DNA of 64,000 nucleotides from an uncultured Gemmatimonadales bacterium (GCA_963783385.1 CAWANJ010000002.1:224001-288000), one strand, 5' to 3'. Counted from the stretch's first letter, positions 19,632-29,746 are shown. The notes: a model not told the origin generated them from the sequence alone. Program-made: numbers and translations.

Positions 19632-20458
19632 CCAGGGAGGTCCCCGACTACCGCGACGTCCGCGTCGCAACCGAGACGGTGCGTCCGCTCCTGGGGGCGG
19701 CGCCCGAGGTCGCGGTCATCCTGGGGACGGGACTCGGGGGGCTCGGCGCGGCTATCGAAGACGCGGGCTCCATCCCCTACTCGGAGATCCCGGGCTTCCC
19801 GGAGTCGACCGTGGAGTCCCACGCCGGGCGGCTCCTGCACGGCGTTCTCGAGGGGCACCCCGTCGTGGCCATGGACGGCCGCTTCCACATGTACGAGGGC
19901 TACACGCCGCAGCAGATCGGCCTGCCGGTGCGGGTGATGGCCGAGCTGGGCGCCCGCACGCTGGTCGTATCCAACGCGTGCGGGGGCATGAACCCGCTGT
20001 GGAATCCCGGGGAGCTGATGCTCCTGGCCGACCACATCAACCTCATGTGGGGGAACCCCCTGGTCGGGCCCAACCTCGACGAGCAGGGCCCGCGCTTTCC
20101 CGACATGTCCCGGGTCTACGACGAGGAGCTGCGTGCCCTGGCGCGCGAGGAAGCCCTGCGCATGGGCCTCGTCCTGCGCGAGGGCGTGTACGTGGCCGTC
20201 ACGGGCCCTAACCTCGAGACCGCCGCGGAATACCGCATGCTGCGCCTCCTGGGCGCGGACGTGGTCGGCATGTCGACCGTCCCGGAGGTCATCGTCGCCC
20301 GGCAGGTCGGCATGCGGGTCCTCGGCGTGTCCATCATCACCGACGCGTGCCTGCCCGACGCCCTCGAGCCGGCGGACGTGGAGACGATCATCGCCACGGC
20401 CGGCGCGGCCGAGCCCGACCTCACGCGCCTCCTGCGCGCGGTCCTGCGCAGGGTCTGA
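19628..20458 (+). CDS. punA: purine-nucleoside phosphorylase (trimeric family)
   Basis: ILGTGLG, GRFHMYEG, DHINL, GPNLET.AE and VGMSTVPE. Confidence 0.9.
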   Translation: MTREVPDYRDVRVATETVRPLLGAAPEVAVILGTGLGGLGAAIEDAGSIPYSEIPGFPESTVESHAGRLLHGVLEGHPVVAMDGRFHMYEGYTPQQIGLPVRVMAELGARTLVVSNACGGMNPLWNPGELMLLADHINLMWGNPLVGPNLDEQGPRFPDMSRVYDEELRALAREEALRMGLVLREGVYVAVTGPNLETAAEYRMLRLLGADVVGMSTVPEVIVARQVGMRVLGVSIITDACLPDALEPADVETIIATAGAAEPDLTRLLRAVLRRV

Positions 20459-20460
20459 TC

Positions 20461-23400
20461 GTGGGCTATCCGGAGCTTCCCGGGAGCGTGACCGAGCTGG
20501 AGGAGGGCGTCCTCGCCCGGTGGGAGGAGGAGGACCTCTTCCACCGTAGCCTCGAGGCCCGCCGGGGCAGTCCCGAGTACGTGTTCTTCGAGGGTCCTCC
20601 CACGGCCAACGGACGTCCGGGTGTCCACCACATCCTGGCGCGCACCATCAAGGACCTCGCGGGTCGCCACCGGACCATGACCGGCCACCACGTGCTCCGG
20701 AAGGCCGGGTGGGACACGCACGGGCTCCCCGTCGAGATCGAGGCGGAGCGCCAGCTCGGCATTTCCGGGAAGCCCGAGATCGAGGAGTTCGGCATCGCCG
20801 AGTTCAACCGGGTGTGCCGGGAGAACCTGTTCACCTACAAGGACGAGTGGGAGCGCCTCTCCCGGCGGATCGGCTACTGGCTGGACTACGACGATCCCTA
20901 CATCACCTGCTCCCCGGAGTACATTGAGTCGGCGTGGTGGGCCCTGTCCGAGATCGACCGCAAGGGGCTCCTGTACAAGGGCTACAAGGTGCTGCCCTAC
21001 TGCCCGCGCTGCGGCACCGGACTGTCCAGCCACGAGGTGGCCCAGGGCTACGAGGAGGTCGAGGACACGGCGGTGTTCGTGGCTTTCCCCCTGGTGGACG
21101 ATGCGGACGGCGCCTCGGTGCTGGGGTGGACGACCACGCCGTGGACGCTGCCGGGCAACGTGGCCCTGGCCATCCATCCCGACGTGGAGTACGTCCGGGT
21201 CCGGGTGACCGGGCGCTCGGACGGCGCGCTCGCCGAGGAGGGCGACGTCCTCATCCTGGCGCGCGATCGCATGGAGCCGGTCCTGCGGAACGAGGTCCGC
21301 GTGCTGGACGCCTTCCCCGGCTCGGCGCTGGTCGGACGGCGGTACGAGCCGCCGTTCCGGGGCGCGGTCGACGCCGGGGACAGCGAGGCCGCCTGGACCG
21401 TGCTGCCGGCCGACTTCGTCACGGTGGACGAGGGAACCGGGGTCGTACACACGGCCGTCATGTACGGCGAGGACGACTTCGACCTCGGCACGCGGGCGGG
21501 GCTCCCCCGGCAGCACACGGTCGGGCCGGACGGACGTTTCCTGGCCTCCGTGCCCGCCGGCCTGGCGGGGCTCGGGGTCAACGAGTCCGACACCGAAGCC
21601 CGCATCCTGGATCACCTCCGGGAGGTGGGAGCCCTCTACAGGTCCGAGCGCTACCGCCACAGCTACCCCCACTGCTGGCGCTGCGACAGCAAGCTGCTCT
21701 ACATGGCGCGCGATTCGTGGTACATCCGCACCACGGCGCTGACCGAGCGGCTGCTGGAGAACAACGCGTCGGTGGACTGGCACCCTCCCGAGATCGGTAC
21801 CGGACGTATGGGCGAGTGGCTCAAGGGCAACGTGGACTGGGCCCTGTCTCGCGACCGGTACTGGGGCACGCCGCTCCCGGTGTGGGAGTGCGACGCGGAG
21901 CCGGAGCACCGCGAGGTGATCGGCTCGTTCGAGCAGCTCGCGGAGCGTGCCGGAGGCCTCCCCGAGGACTTCGATCCGCATCGCCCCCAGATCGACGAGC
22001 CGTGCTGGGGGTGCCGCGAGCCGGGCTGCCCGGGCACCATGCGGCGCGTCCCGCAGGTGCTGGATGCCTGGTTCGACTCGGGCTCCATGCCCTACGCGCA
22101 GTGGCACTGGCCGTTCGAGAACGACGAGGCCTTCCGGCGGCACTTCCCGGCCGATTTCATCGCCGAGGGCGTGGACCAGACGCGGGGCTGGTTCTACTCG
22201 ATGCTGGCCCTGTCCACCATCCTGTTCGACGGGCCGGCCTACCGGGCGGTGGTGGTCAACGACCTCGTGCTCGACGCCGAGGGGCAGAAGATGTCCAAGT
22301 CCCGGGGAAACGCGGTGGACCCGTGGGAGGCCATCTCGCGCCACGGGGCCGACGCGATCCGCTGGTACCTGCTCTCGTCGAGCAATCCATGGCTCCCCAA
22401 GCGGTGGGATCCAGACGGGATCGACGAGGTGGGGCGGAAGTTCTTCGACACCCTGCGGAACACGTATCGCTTTTTCGCCCTGTACGCGAACCTGGAGGGC
22501 TGGAGCCACGCGGCCGGGGAGGCGCGTCCGGCCGCCGAGCGGGCTGCCATCGACCGCTGGCTCCTGTCCCGGCTGGACGGTCTCGTGGAGGGCGTGGGGC
22601 GCGACCTGGAGGCGTACGACCCCACGCCCGCGGCGCGGCGGCTGTCCGAGTTCGTGGTGGACGAGCTCTCCAACTGGTACGTGCGGCGCACGCGTCCCCG
22701 CTTCTGGGCCACCCGGCGCACCCGGGAGTCGGACGCCAGCGCCCGAGACGCCTACGCCACCCTGCACGAGGCCCTGGCCACCAGCGCCCGGCTGCTGGCG
22801 CCGATCTCCCCCTTCCTGTCGGATTGGCTGCACCGGGGTCTACACGGAGATTCCGTCCACCTGGCGGAATTCCCGCGCTCGCTCGGCCGGAGGGACCTGG
22901 AGCTGGAGCGGGGGATGCACGACGTGCGGGAGCTGGCCGCCCTGGGCCGTGCGGCGCGCGAGAAGGCGGGCATCCGCGTGCGTCAGCCGCTTCGTTCGGT
23001 CCGGGTCGTGGTTCCCGACGGGAGGCGGATCCCCGCCGAGCTCCTGCGGCACCTCGAGGAGGAGCTCAACGTCAAACACGTTGACTTCATTGACGATCAG
23101 GATGATATTATAAGGCTAATCGTCAAACCGGACTACGCGGCGCTCGGGCCGCGCTTCGGCTCCAGCACGCCGGCGGTCGCCGGGGCGATCGAGGCGCTGG
23201 AGGCACCCGACGCGCGGCGGCTGCGGGCCGGAAAGGCCGTCTCCGTCGAGGTCGACGGGGAGCGGGTCGAGATCGCGCCCTCCGAGGTCCGGATCCTGGA
23301 ACAGACCGGGGACGATCTGACCGTCGGGAACGCGGCGGGGTATTTGACGGCCCTCGATCCGTTCCTGGACGACGAGCTTCGTCGCGAGGGACTGGCCCGA

Positions 23401-23682
23401 GAGCTGGTGAGCCGTGTTCAGCGGCTGCGACGGGACGCGGGACTCGCCGTGGAGGACCGGATCGCTCTCGCCCTGGCGGGCGATGCGGCGGTCCAGGAGG
23501 CGGCGTCGGCCCACGAGGGGGAGATCGCCGGCGAGACGCTGGCCGTCGAGCTCCGGGTGGGCGACGCGGCGACGGACGCACTGGAGCATCGAAGAGAGCT
23601 GGACGTGGACGGCCACCGGGTCCTGATCGGACTCGAGCGAGCCAGCGACCGGGACCTGGCATTGGAAGCGGGACACGCCTAG
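20461..23682 (+). CDS. ileS: isoleucine--tRNA ligase, type 2
   Basis: EGPPTANG.PGVHH, GWDTHGLP, WTTTPWTLP, EGVDQTRGWF and KMSKS, with an IleRS2-type C-terminus (VRQPL; EGLARELV). Confidence 0.96.
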   Translation: MGYPELPGSVTELEEGVLARWEEEDLFHRSLEARRGSPEYVFFEGPPTANGRPGVHHILARTIKDLAGRHRTMTGHHVLRKAGWDTHGLPVEIEAERQLGISGKPEIEEFGIAEFNRVCRENLFTYKDEWERLSRRIGYWLDYDDPYITCSPEYIESAWWALSEIDRKGLLYKGYKVLPYCPRCGTGLSSHEVAQGYEEVEDTAVFVAFPLVDDADGASVLGWTTTPWTLPGNVALAIHPDVEYVRVRVTGRSDGALAEEGDVLILARDRMEPVLRNEVRVLDAFPGSALVGRRYEPPFRGAVDAGDSEAAWTVLPADFVTVDEGTGVVHTAVMYGEDDFDLGTRAGLPRQHTVGPDGRFLASVPAGLAGLGVNESDTEARILDHLREVGALYRSERYRHSYPHCWRCDSKLLYMARDSWYIRTTALTERLLENNASVDWHPPEIGTGRMGEWLKGNVDWALSRDRYWGTPLPVWECDAEPEHREVIGSFEQLAERAGGLPEDFDPHRPQIDEPCWGCREPGCPGTMRRVPQVLDAWFDSGSMPYAQWHWPFENDEAFRRHFPADFIAEGVDQTRGWFYSMLALSTILFDGPAYRAVVVNDLVLDAEGQKMSKSRGNAVDPWEAISRHGADAIRWYLLSSSNPWLPKRWDPDGIDEVGRKFFDTLRNTYRFFALYANLEGWSHAAGEARPAAERAAIDRWLLSRLDGLVEGVGRDLEAYDPTPAARRLSEFVVDELSNWYVRRTRPRFWATRRTRESDASARDAYATLHEALATSARLLAPISPFLSDWLHRGLHGDSVHLAEFPRSLGRRDLELERGMHDVRELAALGRAAREKAGIRVRQPLRSVRVVVPDGRRIPAELLRHLEEELNVKHVDFIDDQDDIIRLIVKPDYAALGPRFGSSTPAVAGAIEALEAPDARRLRAGKAVSVEVDGERVEIAPSEVRILEQTGDDLTVGNAAGYLTALDPFLDDELRREGLARELVSRVQRLRRDAGLAVEDRIALALAGDAAVQEAASAHEGEIAGETLAVELRVGDAATDALEHRRELDVDGHRVLIGLERASDRDLALEAGHA

Positions 23683-23696
23683 AGCGTGCAGGAGCT

Positions 23697-24080
23697 ATGA
23701 AGAAGAAGGAAATCAAGCACTTCGAGGAACGACTGCTCGAAGAGAGGGCCCGGGTGCTGAAGCAGCTGGGCTTCTACGACAAGTCGTTCTCCGATACTCC
23801 GCAGGGCTCGGACGGGGACCTGTCGGCCTACAGCTTCCACATGGCCGACCAGGGCACCGACGCGATGGAGCGGGAGAAGGCGTTCCTGTTCGCGAGCAAG
23901 GAGGGGCGATTCCTGTACCACATCGACCAGGCGCTCAGGCGGCTCTACCAGACGCCCGAGCAGTTCGGCGTGTGCCAGGAGTGCGGCGAACCGATCTCCT
24001 TCGAGCGGCTGGATGCGCTGCCGCACACGCGGCTGTGCGTTCGCTGCAAAGAGGAGGAAGAGAGCGGTGCCGCCCGCTGA
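23697..24080 (+). CDS. TraR/DksA C4 zinc-finger protein
   Basis: HMADQGTD coiled-coil tip and CQEC...ERLDALP...CVRC. Confidence 0.88.
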   Translation: MKKKEIKHFEERLLEERARVLKQLGFYDKSFSDTPQGSDGDLSAYSFHMADQGTDAMEREKAFLFASKEGRFLYHIDQALRRLYQTPEQFGVCQECGEPISFERLDALPHTRLCVRCKEEEESGAAR

Positions 24081-24105
24081 GGGGGCGTCGTCCCTGACGG
24101 TCCCC

Positions 24106-24621
24106 ATGGGCGAGACTCGGCTCAACAAGGCGTGGCTCCTCGCGACCACCATGACGCTGGTGGTCGCGGCGGACCTGGTCACCAAGGCCTGGATCCGCTC
24201 CCACATGACCCTGTACCAGTCGATCCCCGTGCTGGGGGATTACTTTCGCCTCACGTACACGCAGAATCCCGGGGCGGCGTTCGGGATCGACGTCGGCTCC
24301 CACTCGAGGTTCGTGTTCCTCGGGCTCTCCCTCGGCGCCCTCCTGGTGCTCGCGTACCTGTACGTCGTGACGCCCGTGCGGGATCGACTGAGACTGTGCG
24401 CGGTGGCGCTCGTGTCGTCCGGGGCCGTCGGCAACATCATCGACCGCGTGCGCTTCTCGCGCGGCGTGGTCGACTTCCTGGATGTCGGGCTCGGGTCCCA
24501 CCGCTGGCCCGTGTTCAACGTGGCCGATATGGCCGTGAGCACGGGGGCGGTCCTCCTCCTCCTCTCCTTCTACCTGGAGGAGCGACGTGAGTCCGGGGAC
24601 GGAGGAAACGGGCAGGCCTGA
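24106..24621 (+). CDS. lspA: lipoprotein signal peptidase II
   Basis: DLVTK, NPGAAF, GNIIDR, VVDF and FNVAD. Confidence 0.94.
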   Translation: MGETRLNKAWLLATTMTLVVAADLVTKAWIRSHMTLYQSIPVLGDYFRLTYTQNPGAAFGIDVGSHSRFVFLGLSLGALLVLAYLYVVTPVRDRLRLCAVALVSSGAVGNIIDRVRFSRGVVDFLDVGLGSHRWPVFNVADMAVSTGAVLLLLSFYLEERRESGDGGNGQA

Positions 24622-25591
24622 CCGGGCCGAGCCGCCGGCTCCCCGCCGCGAGCGGCTCGTCGTCGAGGCCTCGTCCGACCAGCGGCTGGACCGCTGGCTC
24701 GCCGATCGACTCGGGCTGAGCCGGACGCAGGCCGCCTCCCTGATCGTCGCGGAGGCCGTGCGCGTCAACGGGGCGCCGGTCGCCAAGAGCCATCGACCGC
24801 GGGCCGGCGAGGTGGTCGAGGCGGAGATCCCCGCTCCCGAGCCGGTCACCCTCGAGCCCGAGGATCTCCCGGTCCGCATCGTCCACCAGGACGAGCACCT
24901 CGTCGTGGTCGACAAGCCCGCGGGCATGGTGGTCCACCCGGCTCCGGGGCATCCCCGCGGGACGCTGGTGAACGCGCTGCTGGCCCGGGTGGGATCCCTC
25001 TCCTCGGTGGGGCTGCCGTACCGGCCCGGCATAGTCCACCGGCTCGACAAGGACACGAGCGGCCTCCTCGTCGTGGCGCGGACCGACGAGTCACACCGGG
25101 TGCTGGCCCGCGACCTGGCGCGGCGCAGGGTGAAACGCGGCTACCTGGCGGCCTCGTGGGGGCATCTCGACTCGGAGGAGCGCACCATCGACCTGCCCCT
25201 GGGTCGCGACCCGCGGGACCGGAAGCGGCGGGCGGTCGTGGAGGGCGGACGACCTGCCCTCACGCACGTGCGCAGGCTCGAGCGCTGGACTTCGGCCGAC
25301 CTCGTGGCCATCAAGCTCGAGACCGGAAGGACCCACCAGATCCGGGTGCACTTCAAGGCGGTGGGCCACCCCATCGTCGGAGATCCCCTGTACGCGCCCG
25401 GCTGGGAGCGCGGCTTCGTGGGCGCGGGCGGACGGTGGGCCGAAGAGCTGGCCGACCGGACGGGCCGCATGTTCCTACACGCGGCCCGGCTCGCCTTCCG
25501 GCATCCGATCAGCGGGGAGGCGCTCTCCTTCACCTCGACCCTGCCGGAGCCTCTCCTGTCGGCCTGTCGATGGGCCCGCGAGACCAGCTGA
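24587..25591 (+). CDS. RluA/RluD-family pseudouridine synthase
   Basis: S4 domain RLD..L, DKPAGMVVHP, HRLDKDTSG, TGRTHQIRVH and LHA. Confidence 0.93.
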   Translation: MSPGTEETGRPDRAEPPAPRRERLVVEASSDQRLDRWLADRLGLSRTQAASLIVAEAVRVNGAPVAKSHRPRAGEVVEAEIPAPEPVTLEPEDLPVRIVHQDEHLVVVDKPAGMVVHPAPGHPRGTLVNALLARVGSLSSVGLPYRPGIVHRLDKDTSGLLVVARTDESHRVLARDLARRRVKRGYLAASWGHLDSEERTIDLPLGRDPRDRKRRAVVEGGRPALTHVRRLERWTSADLVAIKLETGRTHQIRVHFKAVGHPIVGDPLYAPGWERGFVGAGGRWAEELADRTGRMFLHAARLAFRHPISGEALSFTSTLPEPLLSACRWARETS

Positions 25592-25638
25592 AACGGCGCC
25601 GCCGCACCCGTCAGCCGCCGATCCACGGGATCAGCAGG

Positions 25639-26631
25639 ATGACGAAGTCCGTCCACAGCATGGGGCCGTCCCTTCGTTGGATCCGCGTGGTCACGCTCGT
25701 TCTCGGGGTCTCGGCCGGCCGGCTGGCGCTGGCGGTCGCGGCCGCGTCGCCCCAGGACGCTGTACCGGCCGTCCACGCGTCGCCGGGCCTGGAAAAGGTG
25801 GCCGCCGCCCTGGCACGCGACTCCGCCGTCCTCGCCCCGATGCCGGGGATCGGACCGCCGCTGGCGGTCCTGCCCGAGCCTCCAACGCTGTGGGTGGTGC
25901 GGGACCTGGGCAGGGTGCCGGGCGCTCCGGGCGTGGAGCCCGACTGGGTGGCGGGGCTGGCCCTCCCGGGCCGGAACATCCTGGCCGTACGGGCGGCCGG
26001 GCCGGGTGCGGGGCGGCTCTCATCGCTGCGCAGCACGACCCGCCACGAGCTGGCGCACCTGGCCCTGGACCGGGTGACCCGGGGACGCGCGCCGCGCTGG
26101 CTCCAGGAAGGTTACGCCCAGCTCGCGGCGGGCGACTGGGACTGGGGGGAGGCGTGGCGCCTGCGGATGGCGATCCTGCGCCAGGGGACCGACGCGCTCT
26201 CGGACCTGGACGTGCACCTGCGGGGCCGGGAGGACGAGGCGCGGCTGGCGTACCTCCTCTCCTACACGGCCGTGCATCGCCTCGTGGAGATGGGTCGGGC
26301 GCCCGCCCTCCACGCGTTGTTCGCGCGGCTCGGAGCGGGCGACTCGATGGACGAGGCCCTGCGCTCGGTCTACGGCGTGACCGAGGAGCAGTTCGTGCGG
26401 CGCTGGGAGGCGGGAGTCCGCGACCGGTACGGCTGGCTGTTCTTGTTGTCCCGGGCCTCGCTGTTCTGGATCGCCATCGCGCTGCTCCTGCTCCTGGTGG
26501 GCTGGCGCCGACGCCGCTACGATCGCCGGCGCATGGAGCGGCTCCGCAGGGAGGAAGCCGCGTGGGACGAGGCGGAGCGCCGGGCCCGGCTCGATGCGGA
26601 GCCTCCGCGCGCGGGGTCGGGACCGCGTTGA
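25639..26631 (+). CDS. peptidase MA-like metallohydrolase, membrane-anchored
   Basis: HELAH...PRWLQEGYA gluzincin motif and a C-terminal TM segment. Start is uncertain. Confidence 0.75.
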   Translation: MTKSVHSMGPSLRWIRVVTLVLGVSAGRLALAVAAASPQDAVPAVHASPGLEKVAAALARDSAVLAPMPGIGPPLAVLPEPPTLWVVRDLGRVPGAPGVEPDWVAGLALPGRNILAVRAAGPGAGRLSSLRSTTRHELAHLALDRVTRGRAPRWLQEGYAQLAAGDWDWGEAWRLRMAILRQGTDALSDLDVHLRGREDEARLAYLLSYTAVHRLVEMGRAPALHALFARLGAGDSMDEALRSVYGVTEEQFVRRWEAGVRDRYGWLFLLSRASLFWIAIALLLLLVGWRRRRYDRRRMERLRREEAAWDEAERRARLDAEPPRAGSGPR

Positions 26632-26665
26632 CGGGGAGGGGCTCGTCGGCCAAGTTGGAGCGATC

Positions 26666-26914
26666 ATGACCAAGGACGAGAGCAAGGTCGAGAGCGGCGG
26701 GAGTATGCGAGCCGGCGGTCGCGGGCCCGCCGGCATGGGGCTCGTGAACGCCCTCCTCCTGGGAGGTGCGGCCGTGGTCATCGTCGTCGGCTACGTCCTC
26801 CTGGACCATGGCTCGATCACCGCCGCCCCCATCCTGCTCGCGCTCGGTTACGCCGTCCTCATCCCCGCCGGCCTCCTGGTCGGCTACCGGCGCGCTGGAG
26901 GCGACGACTCCTAG
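26666..26914 (+). CDS. small two-TM membrane protein (DUF3098-like)
   Basis: IVVGYVLL..GSITAAPILLALGY. GGAG RBS upstream. Confidence 0.7.
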   Translation: MTKDESKVESGGSMRAGGRGPAGMGLVNALLLGGAAVVIVVGYVLLDHGSITAAPILLALGYAVLIPAGLLVGYRRAGGDDS

Positions 26915-26995
26915 CCGGAAAGGAGCCGAACCCGTCGGCTCCCCGAACCGGAGGGACACGCGTCACGGCTCGACCCCGCCCCGCATGATGCCCCC

Positions 26996-27070
26996 GGGCG
27001 CTTAGCTCAGCCGGTTCAGAGCGCTGCCCTTACAAGGCAGAGGTCGGAGGTTCGAATCCTCCAGCGCCCA
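26996..27070 (+). tRNA. tRNA-Val (TAC); CCA not encoded
   Basis: GGGCGCT/AGCGCCC acceptor stem, anticodon arm CTGCC-CT TAC AA-GGCAG, and T-arm GGAGG-TTCGAAT-CCTCC. Confidence 0.96.
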
Positions 27071-27329
27071 TGCGCCCCGGGCGGGGAGCGGTGACATAGG
27101 GGACTCCGGGGTCGTCTCCTGGATGGAAGGGTGGGCGTCCCGGGTTGAGCGGAGGGACGCGCTCGCATACTGTATACCCTTTGCCTGCCGCGGACCGGAT
27201 CGTACGCACGGGTTCGAGCCACCCGGGAGAACGAAACTGGATCCGCTGGGTATGGACGTCTGGATGCCGTCCCGCGCCGGTAGCCGTCGGCGCGACCGTG
27301 TGGACTCGATCGTCGAGAGAGTGAGCACG

Positions 27330-29084
27330 ATGGAACTGAAGGACAATCGCACGTTGGTCGCCCTGCTGGCCGCTTTCGTCGGCCTCGTCGGGGCCCGCGC
27401 CGGACTCGTGGCCCAGGACGGCGGAGGGTCGGGGCGGGCGCGCGTCATCGTCGCGCCCCTGCAGACGTCGGGCGGGGTGGACCAGGGCTTCGGCAAGGAC
27501 GTCGCCAAGAAGGTGCGCAAGCAGCTCGAGAACTTCGACCTGCTCGCCCCGGTCAAGGAAGATGACGTCAACAAGATGCTGGACCGCTTCAAGCTCGATC
27601 CGGAGCAGATGGACCTGGTGTCCTGGCGCCAGCTGGCCACGCGTCTCGATGCCAACCTGATCATCTACGGCACGGCGGTAGGCTCGAGCGGCTCCAAGAG
27701 CATCAAGCTCGCCGTCGAGTTCGTGGACGCCCAGCGGGGCGAGCAGATGAAGGTCCCGGAGTTCACCATCCAGGGCACGAACTCCGACCAGGCGGCGCAG
27801 CAGATCATCACGGCCCTCGACAAGCAGGTCAAGTTCCTGCGCGCTCTGGCCAACTGCAACGACTACCTTTCGGGTAACCAGTACGCCGACGCCGCCCGAA
27901 ACTGCGACGCGGCGCTCGAGATCAACCCGCAGAGCAGCCGGGCCGGCTACCTGCGGGGCCGGGTGGCCATGAAGCAGGAGAAGTGGCAGGAGGCCGAGAA
28001 GTACCTGCAGCCGGTGGTCAAGGCGGAGCCGTCCAACGAGGACGCCCTCCAGTCGCTGGCCTACACGGAGGCGGAGCTCGGGAACCAGCAGCAGGCGCTG
28101 ACGCTCTACCAGCAGTACCTGCAGTTCAATCCCGACAACCAGCAGATCCGGCTGAGCGTGGCCTACAACCTGGCCAGCGCGGGGGCGTACGATCAGGCGG
28201 TGCAGGTGCTGAAGGCGGGACTGCAACGGGATTCGACCAGCGCGCCGCTGTGGAAGTACCTGGGCGACGTGTCCCTCAAGAAGGGAACGACCGCCGACAG
28301 CTCGGAGGTGTCGGCCAGCTCGTCGATCTCCGACACGGCCGCCATCCAGACGGCCATCGACGCGTACCACCACTACGTGAGCCTGCAGCCGGACAGCGCC
28401 ACGGCCAGCATCTTCCGCAACATCGTGGCGGCGGACCTGCAGCTGGACCACCTGCAGGAGGCCGACCAGGAGTCGATGACGGCGATCCACCAGTTCCCGG
28501 GCAAGAACGCCGGGCTGTGGTCGCTGCGGGCGGACGTACTGGCACACCAGAATCGCCTTAAGGATGCGGTGGCCGCGATGGACTCGGCGCTGGCCGTCGA
28601 TCCCAGCTACGCCAACGCCTACTTCAAGCGGGGGCTGTACAAGCTGCGCAGCGGCGACGGCGACGGTGCCATCGCGGACTTCCACAAGGCCGTCGACCAG
28701 AACAATCAGAACCCGAACAACATCGCCAACGCGCTGTTCGGGACGGGATTCCAGGACTACTTCAAGAAGAACCGGTTCGACGACGCGGCGAGCATGTTCG
28801 AAGCGGCGCTGAAGTTCGCCAATGACCCGAATCTGACGAACCAGCTGAACTTCTGGACGGGCTGGTCACTGTTCAAGGCGGCGTCCGGGATCGACGATTC
28901 CAACACGAAGGACGCTTGCGAGCCGGCCAGGAAGGCCCTGGCCCGGTTCCAGAGGGTGCCGGCCTTGATCAAGGGATCCGGCGACTACCAGCAGGCCAAC
29001 CATAAGCAGATCCTGGACGGCGTGGATACCTACGTGTTCCGGCAGAACCAGATCATCAAGAAGGCCTGCAAGGGCGGCGGATGA
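27330..29084 (+). CDS. secreted tetratricopeptide-repeat protein
   Basis: Signal peptide, a TolB-N/CsgG-like N-terminal segment, and multiple TPR signatures (ALEINP, ALAVDPSYANAYFKRG). Confidence 0.8.
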   Translation: MELKDNRTLVALLAAFVGLVGARAGLVAQDGGGSGRARVIVAPLQTSGGVDQGFGKDVAKKVRKQLENFDLLAPVKEDDVNKMLDRFKLDPEQMDLVSWRQLATRLDANLIIYGTAVGSSGSKSIKLAVEFVDAQRGEQMKVPEFTIQGTNSDQAAQQIITALDKQVKFLRALANCNDYLSGNQYADAARNCDAALEINPQSSRAGYLRGRVAMKQEKWQEAEKYLQPVVKAEPSNEDALQSLAYTEAELGNQQQALTLYQQYLQFNPDNQQIRLSVAYNLASAGAYDQAVQVLKAGLQRDSTSAPLWKYLGDVSLKKGTTADSSEVSASSSISDTAAIQTAIDAYHHYVSLQPDSATASIFRNIVAADLQLDHLQEADQESMTAIHQFPGKNAGLWSLRADVLAHQNRLKDAVAAMDSALAVDPSYANAYFKRGLYKLRSGDGDGAIADFHKAVDQNNQNPNNIANALFGTGFQDYFKKNRFDDAASMFEAALKFANDPNLTNQLNFWTGWSLFKAASGIDDSNTKDACEPARKALARFQRVPALIKGSGDYQQANHKQILDGVDTYVFRQNQIIKKACKGGG

Positions 29085-29162
29085 GCGCCTCGTCCTGAGG
29101 GCGCGGCCCCACCAGGGCCGCGCGCCCGGCTCCCACGGGTAGCCGGGTCGACAGATACCGCC

Positions 29163-29202
29163 GACGACCCGGCCGGGAATCCCTTCCCGGCCGGGTCGTT
29201 TT
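29163..29202 (+). terminator. intrinsic terminator after the TPR gene
   Basis: GACGACCCGGCCGGGA/TCCCGGCCGGGTCGTT stem followed by T residues. Confidence 0.7.
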
Positions 29203-29218
29203 GCATCCGGGTCGGGGG

Positions 29219-29282
29219 TTGACGCGAGCCGATGCCTGCCACTAGAATGGGGCGGTGTGGGAGAAAGTGGGGTGAAGTGGGG
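29219..29282 (+). promoter_or_regulatory. dcw promoter with MraZ-binding direct repeats
   Basis: TTGACG-N18-TAGAAT, then (A/G)TGGG at 29247, 29257, 29267 and 29277 with an exact 10-bp period. Confidence 0.8.
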
Positions 29283-29314
29283 AATCATTCACATTGCCGT
29301 CGGCAGGGTGAGCG

Positions 29315-29746
29315 TTGGGCGGGTTTCTCGGCAGCTACCGTCATTCGCTGGACGCGAAGGGGCGCGTCAGCCTCCCGGCGCCGTTCCGTCACGGGTCGGA
29401 CTCGGAGTCGTTCGTCCTCATCCGGGCCCACGATAATGCCCTCACGCTGTATCCCGACGACGCCTGGCGCGTGGTCGCGGACCGACTGCGGGAGATGCGG
29501 GAGCGCCGGCCCGACGTCAGGCACCTGCTCCTCCGCCTGACCGGGAACGCGCAGCGGATCGTCCCGGACGGGCAGGGCCGGATCCTGATCCCCGAGCGTC
29601 TCCGCGAGGAGGCGCACCTTGAGGACGAGGTCCTGATCGTCGGAGCGCTGGACAAGATCGAGCTCTGGAACCCGGAGTGGTTCGAGCAGCGGACGGCCGT
29701 CGGACCGGAGGAGTTCGACGAGCTGGCCGCCTCGATCTTCGCCTGA
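29315..29746 (+). CDS. mraZ: division/cell wall cluster repressor MraZ
   Basis: FLGSY.HSLDAKGR, DGQGRILIP and IELWN. TTG start. Confidence 0.93.
   Translation: MGGFLGSYRHSLDAKGRVSLPAPFRHGSDSESFVLIRAHDNALTLYPDDAWRVVADRLREMRERRPDVRHLLLRLTGNAQRIVPDGQGRILIPERLREEAHLEDEVLIVGALDKIELWNPEWFEQRTAVGPEEFDELAASIFA

Noticed and set aside
23095-23125. Possible dif site in the AT-rich patch
   Set aside because: It does not match the XerD arm TTATGTTAAAT, and it lies inside ileS.
26996-29200. tRNA-Val as the integration site of a genomic island
   Set aside because: No integrase and no duplicated tRNA 3' end. GGGTTCGAGCC near 27210 does not form a tRNA arm, and the downstream gene has host-like codons.
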